64,000 nucleotides of DNA, from positions 1 through 64,000 of IMG/VR virus record IMGVR_UViG_2690315929_000005, one strand, 5' to 3'. Positions 49,589 through 59,012 of this stretch are shown in pieces; positions within the stretch are counted from its first letter, which is position 1, and the number at the start of each line of letters is the position of its first letter. This DNA is from an uncultured virus (IMG/VR IMGVR_UViG_2690315929_000005). Its lineage: Duplodnaviria; Heunggongvirae; Uroviricota; Caudoviricetes. The translations under genes were made by a program, and so were the position numbers. Under the pieces are notes generated by a model that was given only the letters and a program-made list of their open reading frames with translations, searched no databases and was not told the origin of the DNA.

Positions 49589-50422
49589 ATGAAACTAAAA
49601 AATAACAGCTTAAATGCTGGTGGATTCGCTCACCCTGAAAACCACTCTAGCGATATTAAGGAATTATCTTTTGCTGAAATGCTGCCAGTAATTCAGGGAA
49701 ATATTAACGGGCAGATTATTAATGCAGTAAGTGCCAAAGCATTACACGAAGCATTAAGTGTAGGTCGTGATTTTTCTACTTGGATTATTGGCCGTGTTAA
49801 TGAATACGCTTTTGTGGAAGGAACGGATTATCAATCAGATGATGACTTTAATATTCGCTGCTTACTTAATGAACAATATTCCCCCGTTTTGGGGAATAAT
49901 ACAAAACGTGGTCGCCCTGAAAAGGATTACTTATTAACGCTAGGCATGGCTAAAGAATTGGCAATGGTTGAACGTACCGAAAAAGGGCGCTTAATCCGGC
50001 AATACTTTATCAAGTGTGAGGAAGCTCTACACAAAGTCGCGCCAACAATCACTAAGCAGTTACGGCATCAACTTAAATCACGCCTCAAAGTGGCTAGTTA
50101 CTTTAAGCCGATGTGTTCAGCGTTAGAGCTAGCACGTATGGAGCAAGGCAAAAGCACACTACCGCACCACTACACAACTGAGTCAAACATGCTTAACCGA
50201 ATTGTGTTAGGTGGACTCACTGCCAAAGCATGGGCGAAGCAGAACGGCATTATTGGCAATCCCCGTGATGCTATGAGCGAAACCCAATTAGAGCACCTTT
50301 CATACCTTGAGCAGACGAATACAACGCTAATTGAATTAGGCATGGACTATCACGCACGCAAGGACAAGTTAATCAGTCTATCTCAAAAGTGGTTAGCGCA
50401 ACGTGTAGAGGTGGCGCAATGA
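49589..50422 (+). CDS. AntA/AntB antirepressor-like protein
   Basis: VSAKALH..L.VGRDFSTWI, DY.LTLGMAKELAMVER...G..IRQYFI.CE. Confidence 0.9.
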   Translation: MKLKNNSLNAGGFAHPENHSSDIKELSFAEMLPVIQGNINGQIINAVSAKALHEALSVGRDFSTWIIGRVNEYAFVEGTDYQSDDDFNIRCLLNEQYSPVLGNNTKRGRPEKDYLLTLGMAKELAMVERTEKGRLIRQYFIKCEEALHKVAPTITKQLRHQLKSRLKVASYFKPMCSALELARMEQGKSTLPHHYTTESNMLNRIVLGGLTAKAWAKQNGIIGNPRDAMSETQLEHLSYLEQTNTTLIELGMDYHARKDKLISLSQKWLAQRVEVAQ

Positions 50423-51360
50423 TTACCCTATGTTCAATAAAGGATATTGCCTACCAAGTGAATAATTCTCTACTGGCAGGTAATAACGTAAGTTCAACTT
50501 ACACCACGACTAATACGGTAGCTTTAAACTATGGTATTACGGGCAGTCAATCAGCGAAAATTTACGCCAATCAATCAATCCTAACCACCGTTGGAGGATG
50601 GGATAACAGCGATAACCTAAAACGTGGAGAATTTACACCATTTATTAAAGGTGATTTTTCTCACCTTTCTAAAGTCGGGAAATCTCGCTATTTATCGAGT
50701 GAAATTGAGTTTTTACAGTCCATAAAAAAGGGCGGCCAATCGGCTACCCTTGGGAACGTCGATATTAAATACCGAGCAAGTGAGAACTATAAGAATAGTA
50801 TTCATCTTGTTATCGGTAAAGATGACAACCTTGAGTTAATACAAAAATGTGCAATACATCACTTGCACTTATGGGTAATTGTTGGCTATAGTGATCAGGC
50901 ACTAGCAAAATCTAGTGTCAGGATTGGCGTTCTGAATTTGTACAAGGCGACACATGACGCGCCTAGCGTCTTTTTTTGTGTCAATGCCTACGCACACCTA
51001 TTAAATGCGGTATTATATCGCACCGAATCTATGGTGGCGGCAGCAGAGCAACCGAAAGGTTGGCTGGTTTCCTTGTACGCCAGTAACGCCAACTCTACTG
51101 TCGTCACCACCCCCGAAATTGGCGTTTCTGGTGGTGACTCCTTAGTATTGTACAAGGAGATCATCGTTATGATGGCAACCCCTACCCAAACTCAATTCAA
51201 ATTTTTGTTTCTGAGTATTAAACGTTCAGATACAACTGCTAAGCCTTGCCGTATCACTATTACCGCACCGAATGAACACGATGCAAGACTGATGCTTGTA
51301 CGTGATTATATCCTGTCATTCGCTGGTCGCTTACCTGTTAAGGAGGTGGCTCATGCGTAA
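50419..51360 (+). CDS. Ash-family long ORF spanning the c4 RNA and ending in icd
   Basis: GYS...AKS..RIGVLN, SMV....QPKGW.VS; in frame with icd. Confidence 0.6.
   Translation: MITLCSIKDIAYQVNNSLLAGNNVSSTYTTTNTVALNYGITGSQSAKIYANQSILTTVGGWDNSDNLKRGEFTPFIKGDFSHLSKVGKSRYLSSEIEFLQSIKKGGQSATLGNVDIKYRASENYKNSIHLVIGKDDNLELIQKCAIHHLHLWVIVGYSDQALAKSSVRIGVLNLYKATHDAPSVFFCVNAYAHLLNAVLYRTESMVAAAEQPKGWLVSLYASNANSTVVTTPEIGVSGGDSLVLYKEIIVMMATPTQTQFKFLFLSIKRSDTTAKPCRITITAPNEHDARLMLVRDYILSFAGRLPVKEVAHA
51031..51110 (+). ncRNA. C4/P4 CI-type antisense immunity RNA
   Basis: Multi-stem RNA whose CCTTGTAC and ACGCCAA are complementary to GTACAAGG/TTGGCGT upstream (50924, 50940) and downstream (51119, 51150 over the icd RBS). 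Confidence 0.85.
51169..51360 (+). CDS. icd: Icd-like host cell division inhibitor
   Basis: MATPTQTQFKFLF...A.NE.DAR..L.RDYILSFAGRLPV; RBS overlapped by a c4 target. Confidence 0.8.
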   Translation: MMATPTQTQFKFLFLSIKRSDTTAKPCRITITAPNEHDARLMLVRDYILSFAGRLPVKEVAHA

Positions 51361-51526
51361 TCCTCAACCTAACGATTTCTACACGCATAAAAATAATAGC
51401 GAAACCGCCAAAGTTCTATCGGTTCAATTCAACCGTGTGACCTTTCAGCGAGACGGCTTTGATAGTCCTGTCATTGTTCCATTAAGCCAGTTCAGCAACG
51501 AATACACCTATGCAGGGAGGGCTTAA
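51353..51526 (+). CDS. DUF4222-like protein
   Basis: PQPNDFY...V....NRVTF.RDGF..P...P...F...YT. Confidence 0.7.
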   Translation: MRNPQPNDFYTHKNNSETAKVLSVQFNRVTFQRDGFDSPVIVPLSQFSNEYTYAGRA

Positions 51527-51528
51527 TT

Positions 51529-51786
51529 ATGGGGCGTTATCCAGAAAACTATAAGCGTATTCAAGCCGAAATTTCGAACATGTTAGGCAATGACCTCCTT
51601 TTATCTTCAGAAGAACGTAGCCGTGACCGATTACTTAGGGTTCGAAAAGGTATGGCTCATATTCTTAGTGAAGTATTTCCTCTAATTGATGATCCCAAAA
51701 AACAAGAACTCTATTACTGGTTGGAAGCCATTAGCCGTATCAGTGGCGCAGAAGCCGTAGACGCTAAATCGAAGGGGGAAGCATGA
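51529..51786 (+). CDS. Hypothetical satellite protein
   Basis: ORF with RBS in operon. Confidence 0.6.
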   Translation: MGRYPENYKRIQAEISNMLGNDLLLSSEERSRDRLLRVRKGMAHILSEVFPLIDDPKKQELYYWLEAISRISGAEAVDAKSKGEA

Positions 51787-51962
51787 GCAAACCTATTCCA
51801 TTGGACATAGCTGCATACAAGGCGCAGCAAAATAATTCATTACTTGCCGTTATCTTAGAGTTAGCAAGTAAAGATTGTTCGCGGGAGTTAATCGACCTCG
51901 TTTCTATTGCGTATGACTTTAATGCGGAAATATGTGAATCCCTCGAGGAGGCGACCAAATGA
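51783..51962 (+). CDS. Hypothetical satellite protein
   Basis: MSKPIPLDIAAYKA...; ATGA overlaps at both ends. Confidence 0.6.
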   Translation: MSKPIPLDIAAYKAQQNNSLLAVILELASKDCSRELIDLVSIAYDFNAEICESLEEATK

Positions 51963-52168
51963 AAACAATCAAATTAAATGTTGGTCACTTATCTACCTTG
52001 GAAGAAGTCGAACACATCAACGAAGAACTTCAAGCGTTGTTAATCCCGCTGTTAACAGCTGTAGAGAATGAAGCTGAGACGGATACGCATTTTATGCTGA
52101 GAGCAGTCAACCGCTTAGTGTGTGCTCAAGGAAAAGAAATCACAAAGTTGGTGGAGGTGATGAAATGA
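51959..52168 (+). CDS. Hypothetical satellite protein
   Basis: Translationally coupled ORF. Confidence 0.6.
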   Translation: MKTIKLNVGHLSTLEEVEHINEELQALLIPLLTAVENEAETDTHFMLRAVNRLVCAQGKEITKLVEVMK

Positions 52169-52776
52169 GACAAGTCACTATCAATGCCACCAGCTTAAGT
52201 CCATTCATGTATCAAGGTAAGCGAGTTGTCACCTTTGCCATGATTGACGAGGTACACCAACGCCCAACAGGTGCGGCTAGAAAATCATTCAATGCTCACC
52301 GTCAATATTTTACTGAGGGTAAGGATTTTTACCGCCTAACTGGACAGGATTTAGAACTGTTTAAACTTTGCGCGTCCATAAAACGGACGCACAAATATTC
52401 ACCCATTAGTGATAAAGCCCGAGAAGTAACACTGATTACTGAATCGGGATACTTGCTAACCGTGAAGCCATTTAATGATCCACTTTCTTGGCAGGTACAA
52501 AACCAGCTTATCGATGCATATTTTCGACTGTCTGAATTCCCTGAATTACAGCACATCAACATACCCACACTGGCAGAACTTGAAGCCATGCCAATTGGTG
52601 AGGCTCAGAACTTGATTAGCCGCTTAGAGGCTGATTCTTATCAAGGGCACGGTAGGCGTGGCAGCTATGCCATGAACCTACGTCGCAAAGAGAAGAAAGC
52701 ACTTAAACCAATGGTAATCGCCATTGAGCAAGCCTCGCAGCTACACATTCAGGATATGGGAGATTATCGCTCATGA
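52165..52776 (+). CDS. ORF6N-domain DNA-binding protein
   Basis: YQGKRVVTFAMIDEVHQRP.G.AR..FN, LITESGYLL.VKPF.D.LSWQVQ..L..AYF. Confidence 0.85.
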   Translation: MRQVTINATSLSPFMYQGKRVVTFAMIDEVHQRPTGAARKSFNAHRQYFTEGKDFYRLTGQDLELFKLCASIKRTHKYSPISDKAREVTLITESGYLLTVKPFNDPLSWQVQNQLIDAYFRLSEFPELQHINIPTLAELEAMPIGEAQNLISRLEADSYQGHGRRGSYAMNLRRKEKKALKPMVIAIEQASQLHIQDMGDYRS

Positions 52777-52946
52777 GAACGTTTCTAATTGCAGGTTATG
52801 GCACAACACTAAAAGGCCTAACACTAGGCATTAACAAGCAAGTGATATCTGCCAGCCTAAAAGATGCTCAGTCACAAGTGGTGCGAGAGGCGCAACGTGA
52901 CGGTTTAATTGATATCCGAATCAACTATGCGCGTGAGGTGAAGTAA
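52773..52946 (+). CDS. Hypothetical satellite protein
   Basis: 57-aa coupled ORF MRTFLIAGYG... Confidence 0.55.
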   Translation: MRTFLIAGYGTTLKGLTLGINKQVISASLKDAQSQVVREAQRDGLIDIRINYAREVK

Positions 52947-53140
52947 TGACGCAAGAACAGAAACGTGAAATAGAGCAATTACTAGAACCGCACCAGTTAA
53001 AAGTATTAATGCTAATCACCTTACTTTCTACGTGGTTGGAAGCAGAGGAATGCGATGAAACCAGAAACATGATCTGGGCTGTATTGACTGTTGTTTATTC
53101 AATTAGGGATGAAATGAACGAAGCAGTAGAGGGTAAGTAA
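52946..53140 (+). CDS. Hypothetical satellite protein
   Basis: Translationally coupled ORF. Confidence 0.6.
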   Translation: MTQEQKREIEQLLEPHQLKVLMLITLLSTWLEAEECDETRNMIWAVLTVVYSIRDEMNEAVEGK

Positions 53141-53736
53141 TGAATATTTCTAATATTAACGCATTCGAACACAGTGAACAGGGTGTGATCCTCATTACTG
53201 AAGCAGCCAACCAAGAGGCTATCAGCTATACCGAAGCATTAGAGGTATTAAACGATGGTAGCTTTGATGGTGATCTGATTTTTGGCTTTGAATTGGTTTT
53301 AGCTATCTGCAAGGGAGAGTGTGACGGCTTTTTTAATCCAACTAATCAGCAGCGTGTGATCTTGTGGCGTTGGATTGTAGCCGCTTCGTTTGTCGCAGAG
53401 CAAGCAGACAATAACGGGACGCATCAAGTTGACAACGGCAGAGGTAAAACCATTACCGCCGCTATTTATCGCAACAAACATGCAACGTTAACCGTCTATG
53501 CCGCAAGCGAACGTATGTTACTAGCTAATCACATTGAGGGCGCTGCTTATGAGCACTATGGGGCAGAGAATGGCGCAATTATGGCAGTAAAGATATATAG
53601 GGATTTTATCAATCTTGAGCCTAAACGCGGTTGCCGACTATCAGAACGAGGGCGTGAGGGGTTATCTGTTCTTCATGATGATCTAATTAGGGCGATAGAA
53701 GATGGTGAATTTAGCGACACCGTAACCATTCATTAA
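53140..53736 (+). CDS. Hypothetical satellite protein
   Basis: 198-aa coupled ORF. Confidence 0.65.
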   Translation: MNISNINAFEHSEQGVILITEAANQEAISYTEALEVLNDGSFDGDLIFGFELVLAICKGECDGFFNPTNQQRVILWRWIVAASFVAEQADNNGTHQVDNGRGKTITAAIYRNKHATLTVYAASERMLLANHIEGAAYEHYGAENGAIMAVKIYRDFINLEPKRGCRLSERGREGLSVLHDDLIRAIEDGEFSDTVTIH

Positions 53737-53750
53737 AAGGACGCAATGAC

Positions 53751-54095
53751 ATGATAACGAAGAATTTTAAAGTTAATTCACTAGCGAATAGCTACGCAGC
53801 TGCTATTTACCACGATATTACCACACGTAATGGCGGTGATTGGTTTTCGATGAAGGTAGGCAACAAAACGATTGAAGTTGCCATTATTGACGGTGTGAAA
53901 GGTATTCGAATGCTCGTTGATAGCTATTTGCTGAAAGCCTTAAAAGGGCAATATCCCACATGGGAGGCAGTTGCTATTGGCTTGATAGAGCAATGTGTCA
54001 TTAATGGATATGTCACAGGTTATGGTCGAGAGGTGTGGCAAAGCATGATTAATGATATGGGCGACTCTTTCGCTGATAAGGGGGCGTTTCAATGA
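53751..54095 (+). CDS. Hypothetical satellite protein
   Basis: ORF directly before the primase. Confidence 0.65.
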   Translation: MITKNFKVNSLANSYAAAIYHDITTRNGGDWFSMKVGNKTIEVAIIDGVKGIRMLVDSYLLKALKGQYPTWEAVAIGLIEQCVINGYVTGYGREVWQSMINDMGDSFADKGAFQ

Positions 54096-56812
54096 AGCCG
54101 ATTGATGTTATCCGTGAGGTGAAGCTGAAAGCTAACGGACAATGGCAAGCTATATTATCTCACCTTGGGGCAGAAGTGCCCCTAAACACGCACACGGCTT
54201 GCCCTCATTGTGGTGGTAAAGACCGGTTTAGATTTGATAACAAGGACGGTAATGGCACGTTTATTTGTAATCAGTGCGGTTCTGGTGATGGATTAGATCT
54301 CGTTCAGCGTGTGTTAGGTGTCAGTGTAACCGAAGCTGCAAAAGAAGTTGCTAACATAATTGGTATTGATACCCGTTCAGCGTGTCCACCAGCCTACCGT
54401 CGTTCTGAGATAAAAGCACAACAAGACGAACTGAAAGCGCAGCAAGCCGAAAAACAAGCTAACGAGAAGAGAGAGAAGCATAAACGCTTTATTGAACGGT
54501 ATAACCGCACTATTGCCAATGTTCAACGTGGGAGATCTGACTATCTCAAGGCTAAGGGGCTGCATGGTTTTGAAATGGATTTATTACAGGACGGTTCTCT
54601 TATCATTCCATTATTGGACGCTGGTGGCGTTATTACTGGCGCACAAACTATTAAGCCTAATGGTGATAAGCGTTTGCTGTCAGATAGCGCAAAGTCAGGC
54701 AGTTATTACCCCATCAATGAGCCTGTAAACGTCTCTACGGTGATTATCGCTGAAGGATTAGCAACCGCCCTAACGTGTCACTTAATCCAACCAGAAGCGC
54801 ACACAGTTGCGGCAATTGATGCGGGAAACCTCATTCATGTAGCTAAGGTAATGCGAGTTAAGTATCCAGAGAGCAAGATTATTATTGCTGGGGATAACGA
54901 TATTAAGCCAGGCCAAGACAATACAGGGAAATTAGCGGCAGAAAAGGCAGCTAAGGTGGTTAATGGTGTCGCTGTTTTACCCCCTACTGATGATAAAGCC
55001 GATTGGGATGACTACCGCCTATCACACGGTATTGAGGCGGCAAGACAGGCATTTAATGAAATATTAGAGCAGCAAGGAGGCAAGGTGATGATAGAAACTA
55101 GGGTAAGCAATGAAGTCGTTAAACCTGACCCAATGAAGCCACGCATTGAATCACGTAAAGAGGGGGTATTTCTTGTTACACCGAAAGCCGACAAGGAAAC
55201 AGGGGAAATCATCAATCATGAGCAGTGGTTATCAAATGCTATCAAGCGGATCACTAAAGGTGTTAATGACCTCAATCAAGAGTATTTGATTATTGAGTGG
55301 GGGAATAACAATGTTCAGGCAATACCGACAGGCGATATAGGAGAGCGTGAAGGATGGCGCACATTAAAAAACGCGGGGTTATTTGTCACTACCAAATCAG
55401 GATTAAGACAGTCGTTTTCTGATTGGCTGTTACGTCAACCATTCAAAGAGGACTGGAGTATTACGAATAAATCAGGTTGGCACAAAGGCGCATATATCAT
55501 GCCCGATGGTTCAATTATCGGCACACCTGAACAACCGATATTTTTTAACGGACAAAGCGCAGCAGCAACTGCCTACAAAGCAAGTGGAACGGTGGAAAGC
55601 TGGCGAAATGATGTAGCGCGATTGGCTAACGGTAATAGTTTTATGATGTTTACGATTGGCGCCGCATTATCTGCACCGATGACGAGTCTTACGGGGGCTG
55701 ACAGCTTTGGTATTCACATTTACGCTCAATCGACAGCAGGGAAAAGTACCACGGCAGATATGGCCGTGAGTTTATACGGTGATCCTGATTTACAGCGCTT
55801 AACATGGTATGGCACTGAATACGGTATGACTAACGAAGCTGTAGCGCACAATGACGGACTTTTGTATTTGGATGAAGTCGGACAAGGGGCAGACCCTAAA
55901 CACGTCTACAAATCGGCTTACACGCTGTTTAATGGTAAAGGTAAGATCCAAGGTGCGAAGGAGGGCGGCAATAGGCAAGTTCAAAGCTGGCGGACAGTGG
56001 CCATTAGTACAGGAGAAAAGGATATTGAGACCTTTTTATTAAGTTCGGGTGTGAAAGTCAATGCAGGGCAGCTAGTACGATTACTCAACATCCCTATTGA
56101 ACGCGCCACTGAACTACATGAATGTGAAACAGGGAAAGCCCACGCAGATTTAATTAAGATAAATTGCCGTTCTAGCTATGGGGCCGCAGGACGTTATTGG
56201 ATTGAATATCTATCAAATCATAAAGATGAAGCTAAAGAAGCCTATAGAACTGCACAACAACGCTGGAGTAAATTAATTCCGAGCAGTTACGGAGAACAAG
56301 TTCATCGAGCCAGTGATCGATTCGCTACTATAGAAGCGGCTTTGATAATGGGCCGTGTGATTACTGGCTGGAATGAACAAGATTGTAAGGATGCTGTTCA
56401 AGCCGCGTTTAACGCTTGGATTGCTGAGTTCGGCACAGGTAATAAAGAGATTGAACAGATTAAAGATCAGACGATCGCTTTTTTAAGTACGTATGGAATG
56501 AGTCGATTTGCTCCATTGCCTTATGATGAGCAATCTTTACCTATCAGAGAACTTGCAGGGTACAGAGTTAAATCAAACACGCAGGATGAAGCGCCCATAT
56601 TATTTTATACATTGCCAACAGTATTTAAGAACGAGATAGCCAAAACGTTCAATACGGACACTTTCGCTGATGCCCTGCATAAACTAGGTATTTTAAAAAA
56701 GCCTTCCAATGGGAAAGGATATCAAGGCAGAACACCGCGTTTGAAACATTTAGGCAACATTCAGCAACGCGCCTATATTTTGATGCTTGTTCCTGATGAA
56801 GAGGAGGAGTGA
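54092..56812 (+). CDS. Primase-helicase (Zn-binding, TOPRIM, DUF927)
   Basis: CPHCGGKDRFR...C.QCG.GDG, EG.ATA, AGDND, STAGKST, LDE. Confidence 0.93.
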   Translation: MKPIDVIREVKLKANGQWQAILSHLGAEVPLNTHTACPHCGGKDRFRFDNKDGNGTFICNQCGSGDGLDLVQRVLGVSVTEAAKEVANIIGIDTRSACPPAYRRSEIKAQQDELKAQQAEKQANEKREKHKRFIERYNRTIANVQRGRSDYLKAKGLHGFEMDLLQDGSLIIPLLDAGGVITGAQTIKPNGDKRLLSDSAKSGSYYPINEPVNVSTVIIAEGLATALTCHLIQPEAHTVAAIDAGNLIHVAKVMRVKYPESKIIIAGDNDIKPGQDNTGKLAAEKAAKVVNGVAVLPPTDDKADWDDYRLSHGIEAARQAFNEILEQQGGKVMIETRVSNEVVKPDPMKPRIESRKEGVFLVTPKADKETGEIINHEQWLSNAIKRITKGVNDLNQEYLIIEWGNNNVQAIPTGDIGEREGWRTLKNAGLFVTTKSGLRQSFSDWLLRQPFKEDWSITNKSGWHKGAYIMPDGSIIGTPEQPIFFNGQSAAATAYKASGTVESWRNDVARLANGNSFMMFTIGAALSAPMTSLTGADSFGIHIYAQSTAGKSTTADMAVSLYGDPDLQRLTWYGTEYGMTNEAVAHNDGLLYLDEVGQGADPKHVYKSAYTLFNGKGKIQGAKEGGNRQVQSWRTVAISTGEKDIETFLLSSGVKVNAGQLVRLLNIPIERATELHECETGKAHADLIKINCRSSYGAAGRYWIEYLSNHKDEAKEAYRTAQQRWSKLIPSSYGEQVHRASDRFATIEAALIMGRVITGWNEQDCKDAVQAAFNAWIAEFGTGNKEIEQIKDQTIAFLSTYGMSRFAPLPYDEQSLPIRELAGYRVKSNTQDEAPILFYTLPTVFKNEIAKTFNTDTFADALHKLGILKKPSNGKGYQGRTPRLKHLGNIQQRAYILMLVPDEEEE

Positions 56813-56845
56813 TTTCTTTCACGTCAGGAAAAAACGCTAATTATG

Positions 56846-57222
56846 GTTGTCTCAGTTGTCTCAATAAGAGAATAGAAAAGATAACTTATTAATATTTATA
56901 GTTATTATGATTATTTTCTGAGACAACCCTGAGACAACATAAGCCCGTTTTGAGACAACCTAAGGCGTTTTTGAGACAACGCTGAAAAGTTTAGGTTAGC
57001 CCTTGGTTGGTTAAAAAAGTGGGTGAGACAACCGAATCAAAGGCTGAGACAACACGGTAATGAGAAAATAACCCTTAAAAATCAATTTATTGTAAAAATA
57101 AGGCGTGGGTAATCATGAGATTGAGACAACTCAAAATCATCAAGTTGTCTCAGAAAAAAATATTTAATATAGCTTAATCAATAGGTTGTAAGTATTGAGA
57201 CAACTGAGACAACTGAGACAAC
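56846..57222. repeat. Satellite replication origin: 13 TGAGACAAC iterons
   Basis: 10 direct and 3 inverted copies with AT-rich spacers right after the primase gene. Confidence 0.88.
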
Positions 57223-57268
57223 CCCTGATCGCGTATCTAATAAAAAGTTTTTTGAGGAAAAAGAAATA

Positions 57269-57723
57269 ATGGTCAGAGTGACTTTCTTATTAAGAAAAGA
57301 TAACAATAATGTAACCCCCCCCCACCAGCAACGAACACACCAAAAAGCGCACGGACTAAAAGGTCACAGGAAGCCTCAAAGCAATCGAAGAAGAAAAATA
57401 AGGCAGATGCTCACGCTAAAAAGAAACAATACCGTATCGACCGTATAGCGAAGCACTGGACGATATTTAATGAACCAGAGGCTAAACCACTGATGATAGG
57501 CATCAAGGAAGTCATGATTGCTGAGGTTAAAGATAAAGGGTTGGATATTCCAGAGAGCCATATTAAACAGGGATTACGATCATACATTAGTCGTAAAACC
57601 TATCTAAAAGCTCTTACTCTGGGCGGTAATCGTTTTGATATGAACGGGCGTCCTAAAGGAGAAATCACACCTCAACAACAAGCATTAGCAAAACAAATGC
57701 TGGTGGAATGGGCTAAAAAATAG
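57269..57723 (+). pseudogene. FinO/ProQ-domain RNA chaperone, frameshifted at a C9 tract
   Basis: KPLMIGI...LRSY....YLKAL..G..RFDMNG.P.GEIT; ATG 57269 with RBS is out of frame unless the tract is C10. Confidence 0.75.
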
Positions 57724-57797
57724 CAATGTAACAACCGCCAAAGCATAAACTGAGGTGATTATGTATAATTTGCCTTATCAACTAAAAGGATCACTAA

Positions 57798-58310
57798 ATG
57801 AAAAAAATCATGATAACGGCTCTATTGGCTTTATTTTTATCGGGATGTGATAACAACCCGCCAGCACCCTACGGGTTTAAGTGGGGGCAGACTGTGGCGG
57901 ATATACAAAAATTAAATATTGCTGGCGCTAGCGAGTGCAAAGACCCAGCTTGCTCTATTATGGTAACACCTAGCGGAGCACATGGATTAACAACATTAAT
58001 TTTCTATAAAGATTCAGGATTGGCACAAGTGGTACACTCAGGGCCACTGAACGAAACCAACAAAGATGATGTAATGGCAAGGTTTAATCATATTAGTAAT
58101 GAGTTGAAATCAATTTATGGTAATCCAACCAGTGAAATAATACGTATTGATGATGAGAATAACTTTATTGACTGTTTAAAACAAATTAGCTGTAGAGATA
58201 TCAAGGCAGAATATAACAAAGATGGTTATCGGGCATTTATCTCAATAGGAACGAGAAAAAAAGACGGGAGATTATTCATTTTCACCGATCACCAAAGACC
58301 TCTAAAATAA
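57798..58310 (+). CDS. Lipoprotein of unknown function
   Basis: MKK...LSG-C lipobox; followed by a terminator at 58322-58346. Confidence 0.8.
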   Translation: MKKIMITALLALFLSGCDNNPPAPYGFKWGQTVADIQKLNIAGASECKDPACSIMVTPSGAHGLTTLIFYKDSGLAQVVHSGPLNETNKDDVMARFNHISNELKSIYGNPTSEIIRIDDENNFIDCLKQISCRDIKAEYNKDGYRAFISIGTRKKDGRLFIFTDHQRPLK

Positions 58311-58481
58311 GCTATACAAACAAGCCGACCTTGAGTCGGTTTTTTGTTCTTATAGCCCCTATCATATTAATTTTTATAGAAATCTCCCTGTTTTATAGTC
58401 GTTTGTATTAATCAATTATTGATTATTTTTTAATCCATTATATAATTGTATTGTATATAATTACAGGTTGGATAAATAAAC

Positions 58482-58655
58482 ATGAGTAAGCAAAAAAGAA
58501 CCTTCAAGCCAGTGTCAATTGATAGTGAAATAATAGAACGCGTCAAAAAGTTTAAAGAAAAACAGGGTGAAAAAGATTTTTTCATTCAACGAGCACCTAT
58601 TAGTCAATTAATTCAAGGGTTACTAATTAATGCCTTACATAACGAGGGATTCTAA
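58482..58655 (+). CDS. Small putative DNA-binding protein (possible ribbon-helix-helix)
   Basis: MSKQKRTFKPVSIDSEIIERVKKF...ISQLIQGLL; coupled to the next gene. Confidence 0.55.
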   Translation: MSKQKRTFKPVSIDSEIIERVKKFKEKQGEKDFFIQRAPISQLIQGLLINALHNEGF

Positions 58656-58996
58656 TGGAAAAATTACAACGGTTAGCAAGCACTATAGCCCAGATTTATG
58701 TTGATAATTTAAAAGCTGAAACAGGAGAAACATTAGTAACTTATAACGGTATCACAGGTAAAGTTACCCCTGAATTACTGGCCGCTGGATTGTTTGATAA
58801 TGCGGTATTTGCGGTTAAAGCGGATGGAGAAGAGATTGACGTTGAAGGTAAGGCGTATGATTTACTATCCCCGTTAATTAACTTATCAACAAAGCCTTAC
58901 TCCCTAACGGGACAGGCATATAAATTGATTAATTTTCTCAATGTGCAGGCACTAAAAGCAGGAAGCACTTTATCAACCTTATCAGTTGTACATTAA
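58655..58996 (+). CDS. Hypothetical protein upstream of the satellite tape measure gene
   Basis: 113-aa ORF. Confidence 0.65.
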   Translation: MEKLQRLASTIAQIYVDNLKAETGETLVTYNGITGKVTPELLAAGLFDNAVFAVKADGEEIDVEGKAYDLLSPLINLSTKPYSLTGQAYKLINFLNVQALKAGSTLSTLSVVH

Positions 58997-59012
58997 TCAC
59001 AGGGAGAAAATT

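Noticed and set aside
50860..51360. Novel RNA switch
   Set aside because: Matches the known c4/icd (P1) and CI (P4) antisense immunity layout, so it is listed as a feature only.
56846..57222. CRISPR or novel repeat system
   Set aside because: 9-bp iterons in both orientations after a primase gene are the ordinary satellite origin layout.
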